64,000 nucleotides of DNA, from the NCBI GenBank assembly GCA_003487265.1, contig DNEP01000001.1, positions 24,572-88,571 on the forward strand, given 5' to 3'. The DNA comes from Minisyncoccota bacterium. GTDB lineage: Bacteria > Patescibacteriota > Microgenomatia > UBA1400 > UBA12028. This document shows positions 51,922 to 61,259 of this stretch, piece by piece. The notes under the pieces are model-generated. The model worked only from the letters and a program-made list of their open reading frames with translations, did no database searches and was not told the origin of the DNA. Each line of letters starts with the position of its first letter. Within the stretch, counting starts at the first letter, position 1. Position numbers and translations under genes: made by a program.

Positions 51922-53232
51922 ATGACCTCAACTTTTCATTTTGACTCATACGAACTCAAGGAAGATCGACAGACTATCGCGTTTTTCTACCATCTTCAAC
52001 TTGAAGATGCCACGCACAATTTTGTTGAAACACTACAACTGCACGCGCCGATCCCCGTTTCCTATTCTCAAAAGCTCCTCAAAAACTATCTTCTTTCACT
52101 TCATCTTGCACTTGGAATTTCGTACTGGAAGCTCACCTGCTCAAACAGCGTTCTCGTCCATTCCGGTGAACTTTCCGATCAACAAGCGGAGTTTTGGAAC
52201 ACGACCTACGGTATTGGACTTGGCGAGTTCTACTACAAAAACCAAATTGATTTTCGTGCGATAAAACCTTTCATTGGAACGCATGTCGCACAATCATTTG
52301 CTTCAAATACACAACCAAAACCCGAAAAATATCTCATTGGAATTGGCGGAGGAAAAGATTCGCTCGTTACACTCGAGGTAATGAAACAGCACGCACTCCC
52401 GTTCGATTCATTCATCGTTGATTCAGGTTTTTTATTTTCACATCCGCTGCATACCGTGAGCGAACACCTGCAATCACAGTTATATGTGAATCGACACCTT
52501 GACCCCTCTCTTTTTCAACTCAATAGTTTGGGAACCTACTATAACGGGCATATTCCCGTATCTATGATCTTCGCATTCATTGGAACCTTTGTTGCATCGG
52601 CATTCGGATATTCCGCTTTTGTCGTTTCGAACGAAGCAAGCTCAAACGAAGGAAATGTGCAGTACCTTGGATTTGAGATCAATCATCAATGGAGCAAATC
52701 GACGACGTTTGAAAAACTTTTTCAACAGTACCTCACCACATTCGGCGAACAAACATCACGCTATTTTTCTTTTCTTCGACCGTTAAATGACCTTCAAATT
52801 TCGGCCCTTTTTTCGCAGATGACGCAATATCATGCCGTGTCCACTAGTTGCAATCAAGCGTTTCGTATCACAAATACCACCACACCTGTACGATGGTGCA
52901 AGTCGTGCGCAAAATGTGTGTTTACCTACCTCATGATGAAACCTTTTCTTACCCCAGATCAACGAAATACCTTGTTCGATGGCTCTTTTCCGATTGAACG
53001 CAATTCAGACCTTATCGCACAACTCCGAGGAGAAAAAGACACAAAACCATTCGACTGTGTCGGCACACCCGAAGAAGTTGTTCAAGCGATGCGACTCGCA
53101 AACCATCAAACACTTTCTTCAACTGAAGTACTTTCGTATGGTGAAGAATCGCTCATTCCCACCCCCCTTCGCGAGATCGTTCGTGAGGCACACAAGCAGG
53201 CAATTTCCATTATTCAGAAAGCAACATTATGA
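51922..53232 (+). CDS. murL: UDP-MurNAc-L-Ala-L-Glu epimerase MurL
   Basis: GIGLGEFYY.N, GGGKDS, NGHIP, SNE.S, INHQWSKS, SCN, WC..C.KC, KPFDCVG; upstream of murD. Confidence 0.8.
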   Translation: MTSTFHFDSYELKEDRQTIAFFYHLQLEDATHNFVETLQLHAPIPVSYSQKLLKNYLLSLHLALGISYWKLTCSNSVLVHSGELSDQQAEFWNTTYGIGLGEFYYKNQIDFRAIKPFIGTHVAQSFASNTQPKPEKYLIGIGGGKDSLVTLEVMKQHALPFDSFIVDSGFLFSHPLHTVSEHLQSQLYVNRHLDPSLFQLNSLGTYYNGHIPVSMIFAFIGTFVASAFGYSAFVVSNEASSNEGNVQYLGFEINHQWSKSTTFEKLFQQYLTTFGEQTSRYFSFLRPLNDLQISALFSQMTQYHAVSTSCNQAFRITNTTTPVRWCKSCAKCVFTYLMMKPFLTPDQRNTLFDGSFPIERNSDLIAQLRGEKDTKPFDCVGTPEEVVQAMRLANHQTLSSTEVLSYGEESLIPTPLREIVREAHKQAISIIQKATL

Positions 53233-54461
53233 TTATTTCTGAAATTCAAAAACATCAAACAGTAGTTATTCTTGGCTACGGAAAAGAAGGAAAAGCGACC
53301 GAGGAATTTATAAAAAGAGTGCATCCGACTGCAAAGATCATCATCGCCGATCAATCGTGCGATCCCGAGTATCTTCAGGCACAGTTCAAAGGTGATCTAG
53401 TTATAAAAACGCCGGGAATTCCCGCGAACCTGCTCCAAGTTCCGTTCACAACCGCAACAAATATCTATTTTTCAAACTGTCGCGCAAAAAAAATCGCGAT
53501 CACGGGATCAAAAGGGAAAAGCACCACAAGCGCACTCATCACTCACGTTTTAAACTCTACCGGTCACTCGTGTAAACTTTTGGGAAATATTGGAACACCG
53601 ATGATCTCGGCTGTTTTTGAACTCGATGCCATTCACGTCATCGAGCTTTCAAGTTATCAGCTGGCGGAGTTCACCGGCACACCCGATATCGCCGTGATCA
53701 CCAACCTTTTTCCCGAGCACATGAACTATCATGGATCACTTGATTCGTATTACGAAGCGAAAAAACAGCTGATCGCGCGAATGAGTGAAAATCAATTTTT
53801 CGTGTTCAATCCTGATGTTCCAAAACTTGTAGAATGGTCCACGCAAACGCGCGCAACTGCCGTTCCCTATCTCCCCACCCTTCCCTGCGCAATTGAAGAA
53901 ACGCATCTCATTGGTGAGCACAATCATCACAACATGCGCGGGGCATATACCGTTGCAAAGTTATTTGAGATTTCTGATACCCAAATCGCCGAGGCGCTCA
54001 AAACCTTCATCCCACTTCCCCACCGTCTGCAAAATCTCGGCGTGCATGCGGGAATCACATGGATCGACGACGCGATCTCCACCACGCCCGAGTCGACGAT
54101 TGCAGGGCTCGAAGCGGTGAAAGAAACAATCGGAAAAGTCGACACGATTTTCCTCGGCGGACTTGACCGCGGATATGATTTTTCAAACCTCGCCCCCGCG
54201 CTGAAAGCAGCTGGCATCACAACCATCATCTTTTTTCCAGATTCTGGCGAAAAAATCGAACACATCTTAAAAGATCAAGGATTTACCGTACAACACGCGC
54301 TACACACCACGTCGATGCAAGAAGCCGTCGCCTTCGCACACGAACACACCCACGTGGGCGGTACCGCACTGCTTTCTTGCGCATCCCCAAGCTACTCCGT
54401 TTGGAAAAACTTTGAAGAAAAAGGTGATGCGTTTCAATCAGAGGTACAAAGACTCACGTAA
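53229..54461 (+). CDS. murD: UDP-MurNAc-L-Ala--glutamate ligase (MurD/MurD2)
   Basis: GYGKEG, TPGIP, ITGSKGKSTT, GNIG, ELSSYQL, HRL, DDAISTTP, GGLDRG. Confidence 0.93.
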   Translation: MIISEIQKHQTVVILGYGKEGKATEEFIKRVHPTAKIIIADQSCDPEYLQAQFKGDLVIKTPGIPANLLQVPFTTATNIYFSNCRAKKIAITGSKGKSTTSALITHVLNSTGHSCKLLGNIGTPMISAVFELDAIHVIELSSYQLAEFTGTPDIAVITNLFPEHMNYHGSLDSYYEAKKQLIARMSENQFFVFNPDVPKLVEWSTQTRATAVPYLPTLPCAIEETHLIGEHNHHNMRGAYTVAKLFEISDTQIAEALKTFIPLPHRLQNLGVHAGITWIDDAISTTPESTIAGLEAVKETIGKVDTIFLGGLDRGYDFSNLAPALKAAGITTIIFFPDSGEKIEHILKDQGFTVQHALHTTSMQEAVAFAHEHTHVGGTALLSCASPSYSVWKNFEEKGDAFQSEVQRLT

Positions 54462-54473
54462 AAAAACGAAACA

Positions 54474-54635
54474 ATGCGCGTTGCGCAACTCACCGTCACG
54501 CCGTGCATTGGTCTGCACACGCGAACCTCCAAACTTTCTGAACAACAAAAACGATCCTACGTGAACAGCGACGACGGGATACATGCATCAACATTTGGAA
54601 AACAACAAATCGCAAGAGAAATGGTGAGGTTTTAA
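54474..54635 (+). pseudogene. Possible C-terminal remnant of an SGNH/GDSL hydrolase
   Basis: 53-aa ORF ending DDGIHASTFGKQQIAREM (block V DxxH pattern) with no catalytic Ser block. Confidence 0.4.
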
Positions 54636-54654
54636 GGATTTGTTTGATTCTAAT

Positions 54655-55368
54655 TTATTTCTGTTTCAGGAACTTTTTTACTTGATCTGACCCACTGTTT
54701 ATTGGTTGTTTAAAAACAATAAAATCGGGGAATACATGAGCAAATATCATATGTTGATTGTTTGCATTAAATATAAAACATATCTTACCCAGATCTCTGT
54801 TGAGAGACAGCTTTATAAGTGTCTCATGTATGTTTTCAAATATCTTCAGAGTTAACTCTGACTCAGAAGTATTCTGCAATATAATACAATAATTGTAGGC
54901 AACGCTGTAACGTAATATTTTAGTTTTTATGCAAGAAATCAAACCTTTCTCGCTTACTTCATCTCTATATCGTTTTAGTTCAAATTCGGCATATCCTGTA
55001 AATTTGTTTTTTATTATCACATCGGGAGGATCCTGCTTGAATTTTTCCAGATCTGTGTATGAAGTTATTGTGTCTTTATAATGATTAAAAGTGTCTTTTA
55101 AATAAAAGCAAATCTCAGAATCTTCACCAAAATCTTCATATAAAAGGAGAATTGCAACCCAGTATTCGTAATCTTTGGAGTTTACTGAATTCTTGCTCCA
55201 CTTCATCGCCAAGTCTCTTAGGATGATATTATTGATGATCCTTCCTTCCAATCTAACCTCTAAAGTTTTATTTAACAAAGATAATTCGACAGGAAGTAAT
55301 AACAGATCGATCAACTCTTTGACTGTAAAACACGCCATTACTTTAGTTTTGACTTTACACAACTTCAT
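54655..55368 (-). CDS. AT-rich hypothetical protein, possible PD-(D/E)xK nuclease
   Basis: DPPDVII...EFELK motif; composition and codon use differ from neighbours; GAGG SD. Confidence 0.6.
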   Translation of the reverse strand: MKLCKVKTKVMACFTVKELIDLLLLPVELSLLNKTLEVRLEGRIINNIILRDLAMKWSKNSVNSKDYEYWVAILLLYEDFGEDSEICFYLKDTFNHYKDTITSYTDLEKFKQDPPDVIIKNKFTGYAEFELKRYRDEVSEKGLISCIKTKILRYSVAYNYCIILQNTSESELTLKIFENIHETLIKLSLNRDLGKICFIFNANNQHMIFAHVFPDFIVFKQPINSGSDQVKKFLKQK

Positions 55369-55445
55369 AATTCAATTTCAAAATACCTCATTATTTCCTC
55401 AGTCTTGCATGGACACCGCTGATAAAAATTTGCGCTTTTTTCCCC

Positions 55446-56228
55446 TCAATCTTTTGTAGTATTCACCCTCTCTACCACCTCCATCACCCGCCTCAAATCC
55501 TCTGCTAATTCGCACACAACCTGTACTCGTTGCTTTGTTTCTGGATTGATAAACTCGATCTTTTCTGCATGCAGAAAGAGACGCGGACACCACAACAAAT
55601 CGTTCTGCAGACGACGACCGCTCCCGTAAAAAACATCGCTCACCAACGGATGATGAAGGTACTTCATGTGCGCGCGAATTTGATGCGTGCGCCCCGTTCG
55701 AGGCATGACGCGAACATACGACAGCCCTGCATCTCCAATCCCCTCGGTTTGTTCAGGTGAAACAGCATACTCCTTCATCACGACATAATCCGTTTCGCTC
55801 ACTTTTCCCGAAGGATCAACCGTATACGACTGCCTATTCGTTTGAGAACGCGCCAGCGGCAACGCAATGGTCCCCGCCCGTGCGCCAAAAACGCCATGCA
55901 CGAGCGCCAAATATTCTTTATGAACCGTTCGATCTTGAAACTGCTTCATCAGCGCAAAAAGTGTTGTGGGATTTTTTGCAATTAAGAGACACCCGCTCGT
56001 GTCACGATCGATACGATGCGCCATTCCCGACCGCTGTTGGTACACCGCGCCTTCTTCCGTCTCTACTTGCTTTGGAAACCATTCCCGACGCTCACACCAG
56101 TCCTGAATCGTTTCCTCGCGCACGGTGCTTGCGCGATTCACCACCACACCCGCGGGCTTCTCAATCACGAGCAACAACTCATTTTCAAACAGAATCTTTG
56201 GTGCTAGCTTGGTTACGTTGACGTTCAT
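55446..56228 (-). CDS. RluA family pseudouridine synthase
   Basis: KPAGVVV, HRIDRDTSG, KEYLALV, TGRTHQIR, LFLHA. Confidence 0.93.
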   Translation of the reverse strand: MNVNVTKLAPKILFENELLLVIEKPAGVVVNRASTVREETIQDWCERREWFPKQVETEEGAVYQQRSGMAHRIDRDTSGCLLIAKNPTTLFALMKQFQDRTVHKEYLALVHGVFGARAGTIALPLARSQTNRQSYTVDPSGKVSETDYVVMKEYAVSPEQTEGIGDAGLSYVRVMPRTGRTHQIRAHMKYLHHPLVSDVFYGSGRRLQNDLLWCPRLFLHAEKIEFINPETKQRVQVVCELAEDLRRVMEVVERVNTTKD

Positions 56229-56655
56229 GCCTGTATTGTACCGCAATCAGCGCAATTGCAGAGAACACAAGTACAAAATCAGCAAGATTGTTCTTCACAC
56301 TCGAACCAAAAACTGAGATCGTAATCCAGTCGCGCACCGATCCATACATCAATCGATCGAATAGATTTGACCAAATTGCCCCACAAATAATTCCTATCCA
56401 CATCATAGAAAGCCCAAATTTTTTGAAATGTTTCAGTAAAAAGACATACACCACGGCCACCGCCAGAATAAGCTCATTGGGTATTTTCAAACCAAACGAA
56501 ACCCCCTCATTCATCACCACAGATCCAAAGTGAGTTGCAGTCGATTTTGAAACTTGATCAAGCAAAAAAACAATACTAAATGGTACTATCCACCGTAGGA
56601 TCGATCTCCAGTCGTGCGAAAGGAATTGGAGCACCCGTGTTTGCATCAAGTCCAT
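56185..56655 (-). CDS. lspA: Lipoprotein signal peptidase II
   Basis: LDQVSK, N.GVSFG, GA..NLFDR..YGSVRDWI, NLAD; exact start uncertain. Confidence 0.88.
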   Translation of the reverse strand: MDLMQTRVLQFLSHDWRSILRWIVPFSIVFLLDQVSKSTATHFGSVVMNEGVSFGLKIPNELILAVAVVYVFLLKHFKKFGLSMMWIGIICGAIWSNLFDRLMYGSVRDWITISVFGSSVKNNLADFVLVFSAIALIAVQYRHERQRNQASTKDSV

Positions 56656-56914
56656 ATGTTCCCTTCTCCATACGATCCAGCGCCAAAGTCACACGCGCTA
56701 ATGATTCATCCAGCGTGGAGTCCATTACTTCGGATTCAATCAGTCGCACTTCTTCTGTCGCGTCCGCATCAGAACTCGCGTTATCCGACAAACGATCCTC
56801 GTCATTTACAGGACTTTCTTCTTGAACGCGTGCCAGCATCTTTGTCACTCGCATTTTTTGATCGAGCAACTTTTTTTTCAACACCGAAATTTGATCTTGG
56901 GTTAAATGATTCAT
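56576..56914 (-). CDS. DksA/TraR-like protein lacking zinc cysteines
   Basis: Coiled coil plus ALDRMEKGTYG....G.PIP.ARLE..P. Confidence 0.8.
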   Translation of the reverse strand: MNHLTQDQISVLKKKLLDQKMRVTKMLARVQEESPVNDEDRLSDNASSDADATEEVRLIESEVMDSTLDESLARVTLALDRMEKGTYGLDANTGAPIPFARLEIDPTVDSTI

Positions 56915-56931
56915 GCGGTGACTATATCAGA

Positions 56932-57708
56932 TTATGATGTGCGTTTCAACAAACCTCGACCAGATCTCACGTACAAAAGCACTGCTCCAAATATCAACAC
57001 AAACAAATGAAACACCCAATCAATGGGAAACAAAAACACCTTTAATTGTGCAGGTGAAACCATCGTCAGAAGCAAATGGAACAAACCATACGTAATACAA
57101 AACGTCGCAACAAGAAAACCTGTTTGGGCGGTTTTTCGATTCACGCGATACCATAAAAATGTTCGGTACACTCCCTCGAGTTTCCATAACAAAAAGAATT
57201 GAATCAAATAAAAAATTGCACTGTAGAGTTGCGTGGGATGCCGTTTATCAAAAACATTGGGAAACGACATCCCGATTGGAAGCGTTGTGGCAGTCCCAAA
57301 TCCCGTTCCACTGAAAAAGGTCCCCACCGATGCAAAAAATAAGAATAAACTCAACCCCATCACGAAAAAGTCGGCGATTTCGAATGTTTTGAGTTTTTTA
57401 TGCGCGGTAAGCCGAAATAACACCACCCACCCCACAATTAACCCCGTCACACCAAACAACCCAGGGAACTCAAAAAGCGAAAACCACCGAACAACCGACA
57501 GTCCGAATATATCTGCGTGCGCAAGAATAAACCCCACACGTGCACCAATGTACCCCCAAAACACCGTTGAAAACAAAACGTCAAATAAATCGGAAAGATC
57601 ATAGTACTCTTCTCTCCCCTTTTTCCAAATCACAAAACTCGCAAAAAAGAATCCGAGTGCAAGAAAAAGTCCATATGAAAAAAAACGTAAAACTGGAATC
57701 ACATTCAT
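56932..57708 (-). CDS. lgt: Prolipoprotein diacylglyceryl transferase
   Basis: SYG, IGAR, G..T.LP.G, RHPTQLY; multi-TM; next to lspA. Confidence 0.85.
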   Translation of the reverse strand: MNVIPVLRFFSYGLFLALGFFFASFVIWKKGREEYYDLSDLFDVLFSTVFWGYIGARVGFILAHADIFGLSVVRWFSLFEFPGLFGVTGLIVGWVVLFRLTAHKKLKTFEIADFFVMGLSLFLFFASVGTFFSGTGFGTATTLPIGMSFPNVFDKRHPTQLYSAIFYLIQFFLLWKLEGVYRTFLWYRVNRKTAQTGFLVATFCITYGLFHLLLTMVSPAQLKVFLFPIDWVFHLFVLIFGAVLLYVRSGRGLLKRTS

Positions 57709-57777
57709 GATGATAGTGTATCATGAGCGAAAATTTTCGCGCTAGATTCTCATCTCACAGTTCGCTATACTTGTCGA

Positions 57778-58230
57778 ATGCTTTCAATCGCGCACTGCGC
57801 AACGGGCGCATTTCTTGCCACAAAACTACAAAACCCGCTGTTGTTTGTTCCAATCACGCTCGGATCGCATTATGTTGAAGATTGGATCAAACATTGGGAT
57901 GTTGGCACTGGGCTTTCACATGGCTTACGCAAACGATCAACCGCGTTTCTCCTTGAACTCATCGATCTTGCTGTTGCGGGCGGTGTGGTTTTTGCACTCT
58001 ACCCCCTGCGATTCCCACTCACGTGGAGTTCAATTATTCCGTACGTCGGTGCGTTTGTTGCGCTGATCCCAGACTTCCTTGAGGCACCGCGAAACTTTTT
58101 GAAATGGGAGCCGTGGTTTCTCAAACCGTTCAACGCGTTCCACCACCATATTCATCGCTCGATTCCCAATATGTGGGTTGGGCTTGCACCTCAGGTGCTT
58201 GTGCTTCTTTTCATCTTTTTCGCAAAATAA
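57778..58230 (+). CDS. Membrane protein, putative metal-dependent hydrolase
   Basis: H...G, SHY..D...H.D, LIPD, FHH.IH His/Asp pattern. Confidence 0.65.
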   Translation: MLSIAHCATGAFLATKLQNPLLFVPITLGSHYVEDWIKHWDVGTGLSHGLRKRSTAFLLELIDLAVAGGVVFALYPLRFPLTWSSIIPYVGAFVALIPDFLEAPRNFLKWEPWFLKPFNAFHHHIHRSIPNMWVGLAPQVLVLLFIFFAK

Positions 58231-58278
58231 AATCAGAAAAATGCGATATAATCAGATCTCTAGTCCGAGCTTCACCTT

Positions 58279-58362
58279 GCCGGGGTGCTGAAATGGTAGA
58301 CAGGCTAGTCTCAAAAACTGGTGAGCTTTACGCTCATGAGGGTTCAAGTCCCTCCCTCGGCA
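58279..58362 (+). tRNA. tRNA-Leu(CAA)
   Basis: GCCGGGG/CCTCGGC acceptor stem, CTAGT-CTCAAAA-ACTGG anticodon arm, long variable arm, GGTTCAAGTCC T arm; CCA not encoded. Confidence 0.95.
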
Positions 58363-58395
58363 CAGAAAAGACGCATCAATACTATGTACAATAAA

Positions 58396-59451
58396 CTATA
58401 TTTTCCGATACCTCGTCGTCGCCCCTTGACCAACTCGCTCGATCACCTTGAGAGCTAAAAGTTTATTCAGTATTTGGTTTATCGTTGACCTCGGAATACC
58501 AGTTTCGGTTGAAATTTCTTTCGGCGTTGTTTCCAAAATCTTCCCCAAATACTGCCATGCAACCGACTGCTGAGGTGAAAGAATTGTTTCGATATTTGTT
58601 TGCGTGAGTAACTGTATCGCCATTTGAGACTGAGTTAGCAATATATCTAAGAAAAAGTTGAGCCATGACGATATATCAGGTTGCCCTGTTCTTAACGCTT
58701 TTTGACTTTTCCTAAGAGCTAAATAGTATTCAGGTTTATTATCCTCTATAAGTTTTTCATGAGATACATAGGGCATATAAGCGTAGTTTTGTTGTAGAAG
58801 TAATAAATTTGTTATGATTCTAGACAATCTACCATTACCATCTTCAAATGGGTGAATATTTAAAAATTCGACCAAAAAGTTTCCAATTACAAGAAGTGGA
58901 TGATAGGTGTTCTTTTGTAATGCCGTCTTCGTCCAATCAATAAGCTCAAACATTTCTTTTGGTGTTAACCAAGCTTTTGTTGTTTCAAATAAGATGCCAA
59001 CCGATTTTCCTTCCTCATTAATCATCCCAACCGCATTCTCTCTCTTTTTGTAATCACCACGATGAAAAACATCTTTTTCAACATTTTTAAGCAGTTCTTT
59101 GTGAAAATGCTTGATCAAGTTCTCGTTGAAGACAAGCGTCTGCCATGAATTAAAGACGTTTTGTAAAAGTTCATAATACCCGCGCGCTTCCTGCTCATCC
59201 CTATTGCTGAATTTTTGGATAGAAATACCTCGAAGCATTTGTTCAATATCTTCGTCAGACATTTTTGAACCTTCTATGCGAGTCGAGGAACCCGTAGAAG
59301 TGACCAGGACTGATTTTTTCAGTCGCCCAAGAATTTGAGGGCTTAGCTTCGCACTTCCCTCCCATTTCCCCTTGAATCCTTCAATCTGGGCGATCTTAAG
59401 CCAGAGGTCTTGCGGAATATTATTCAGTCTCAAATCGAATGTACTATTCAT
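58396..59451 (-). CDS. Fic domain protein (class II) with C-terminal winged HTH
   Basis: HPFEDGNGRLSR, N-terminal STRIEG inhibitory motif, HTH tail; start reassigned to ATG 59451. Confidence 0.92.
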   Translation of the reverse strand: MNSTFDLRLNNIPQDLWLKIAQIEGFKGKWEGSAKLSPQILGRLKKSVLVTSTGSSTRIEGSKMSDEDIEQMLRGISIQKFSNRDEQEARGYYELLQNVFNSWQTLVFNENLIKHFHKELLKNVEKDVFHRGDYKKRENAVGMINEEGKSVGILFETTKAWLTPKEMFELIDWTKTALQKNTYHPLLVIGNFLVEFLNIHPFEDGNGRLSRIITNLLLLQQNYAYMPYVSHEKLIEDNKPEYYLALRKSQKALRTGQPDISSWLNFFLDILLTQSQMAIQLLTQTNIETILSPQQSVAWQYLGKILETTPKEISTETGIPRSTINQILNKLLALKVIERVGQGATTRYRKI

Positions 59452-59452
59452 A

Positions 59453-59482
59453 TATGTAAGATTATATAAGGTTATGTAAGAT
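59453..59482. repeat. Three tandem 10-bp repeats directly upstream of fic
   Basis: TATGTAAGAT-TATATAAGGT-TATGTAAGAT. Confidence 0.8.
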
Positions 59483-59611
59483 CCGTCAATATCCATCCCA
59501 TTAAACAGGTTTTTGGAAAAAACCACCTTTTCCAGTTCTATACATATTTGTATAGAACCAGAAACGCAAAAAATGCATTATCTCCGCTTGAAAATGTGCT
59601 ATCATAATCTA

Positions 59612-59851
59612 ATGCAGGAAATTGCTCGTTCTTTGTTTGATCCCACTTCTATCTGGTTTTTCGTATTTCAATCTGTGGTTTGGTTTGGGGTATGTATTGT
59701 TGCAACAGTATCAGTCGCGACTAAATCAACATACGACACCTCGTATCATTCATTCAAATCGCACATGGGAATGTTTTTGCTGTTTATCACTCTCACCACC
59801 GCGCTTATTTACATAATGTTCGCGCAACCAACCTCCGCAAATACGGTCTAA
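59612..59851 (+). CDS. Small two-TM membrane protein
   Basis: Two hydrophobic helices; TATCAT 6 nt before ATG 59612. Confidence 0.65.
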   Translation: MQEIARSLFDPTSIWFFVFQSVVWFGVCIVATVSVATKSTYDTSYHSFKSHMGMFLLFITLTTALIYIMFAQPTSANTV

Positions 59852-59881
59852 TTTCACACTTCGCGTTCATTTCAAAACATC

Positions 59882-61189
59882 CTAGCGCTTCTGTTCCATG
59901 CCATAAAACTTGATACGATCTCCGCGGAAATACAAGTCAATCGTGCGCAACGGACCGTTTCTGTGCTTTGAAAGGTTGAGCTTCACATGCTCCTGCGCCT
60001 CGTCTTCCTCACGGTACAAGAACATGACAACGTCGGAATCTTGCTCGATCGATCCACTTTCACGAAGATCGGACAGTTGAGGTTGCTTTGTTCCTCGACT
60101 TTCAACCGCACGATTCAACTGCGAAAGCGCCAAAACGGGGACCTTTAATTCGCGCGCCAAGTTTTTCAAACCTTGAGAGATCTCCGAAACTTCTTGCACA
60201 CGATTGTCTGTGGTGTACCCACGCATCAACTGCAAATAATCGACAACAATCAAATCAAGACCGTGCTCCGCCATCAACCGACGCGCTTTTGTTCGCACTT
60301 CAAGGATTGACTGTCCGGGAGTGTCATCAAAAAACAACGGGGCCTCGGCTAAAATACCCATTGCTTCGCTGAGTTTGTCGAAATCTTCGTCGGTCAACTT
60401 TCCCGTTTTCAATCGCCATGCATCAATATCCGCCTGACTCACCAATAAACGGTCAACCATCTCTTCCTTGCTCATTTCCAGCGCGAAATATCCAACCACT
60501 TTATGCTCCACAACCGCCACGTGTTGCGCGATTGCCAGAGCAAATGCGGTTTTCCCGATACCGGGGCGCGCGGCGAGAATTAAAAGGTTTGATTTCTGCA
60601 TTCCCGCAAGCGTGTTGTCCAGATCAGCAAATCCCGTCGCGACACCACGCAACGATCCGCTGTTTTTTTGAAGCTCGTCCAAACGATCAAAACTTTCTGC
60701 GAGTGTTTTTTTTAGTGGAACAAAGCTTCGTTCGAGGTGTTTTTGAGAAATACTGAAGATTTTTTGTTCGGCGGTGTCCAACACAGTCGAGGTTTCAATT
60801 TGTTCGCTAAACGAAAGTTCGGAAAGTTCGCCCGCCAATGCAATCAACGCGCGTTTGATCGCGTGATTCTTGATGATCTTGGCGTATTCTTCAACATGCG
60901 CACTTGTTGGAACGCGTGTCGCGAGCTCGGCTAAGCGCGCAGATCCTCCGATTTTTTTGAACGATCCGAGTTTTTTCAACCCATTTGTGACCGTCACAAT
61001 ATCGATCGGACTCAAGTCCTTGTACAACTCAATCATCGCAAGATAAATCTGGGAGTTTCGCTCATCGTAGAAATGTTGTGGCTCAAGAACCTCTGCAACG
61101 CGCACAAGTGCCTCGTGATCGATGAGCAACGCGCCAAGAACGCTTTCTTCAGCTTCTAGATTGTGCGGTGGGATTTTCATGTCTGGCAT
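59882..61189 (-). CDS. dnaB: Replicative DNA helicase
   Basis: PPHNLEAE, AARPGIGKT, VDYLQLM, LSQLNR, DLRESGSIEQD, KHRNGP. Confidence 0.97.
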   Translation of the reverse strand: MPDMKIPPHNLEAEESVLGALLIDHEALVRVAEVLEPQHFYDERNSQIYLAMIELYKDLSPIDIVTVTNGLKKLGSFKKIGGSARLAELATRVPTSAHVEEYAKIIKNHAIKRALIALAGELSELSFSEQIETSTVLDTAEQKIFSISQKHLERSFVPLKKTLAESFDRLDELQKNSGSLRGVATGFADLDNTLAGMQKSNLLILAARPGIGKTAFALAIAQHVAVVEHKVVGYFALEMSKEEMVDRLLVSQADIDAWRLKTGKLTDEDFDKLSEAMGILAEAPLFFDDTPGQSILEVRTKARRLMAEHGLDLIVVDYLQLMRGYTTDNRVQEVSEISQGLKNLARELKVPVLALSQLNRAVESRGTKQPQLSDLRESGSIEQDSDVVMFLYREEDEAQEHVKLNLSKHRNGPLRTIDLYFRGDRIKFYGMEQKR

Positions 61190-61259
61190 ACGGTTTTTTC
61201 CTACACAACGCGAGCGAGGCAGAGCGCGGAATCGCGCAAAAATACAATACTGTTTCGAT

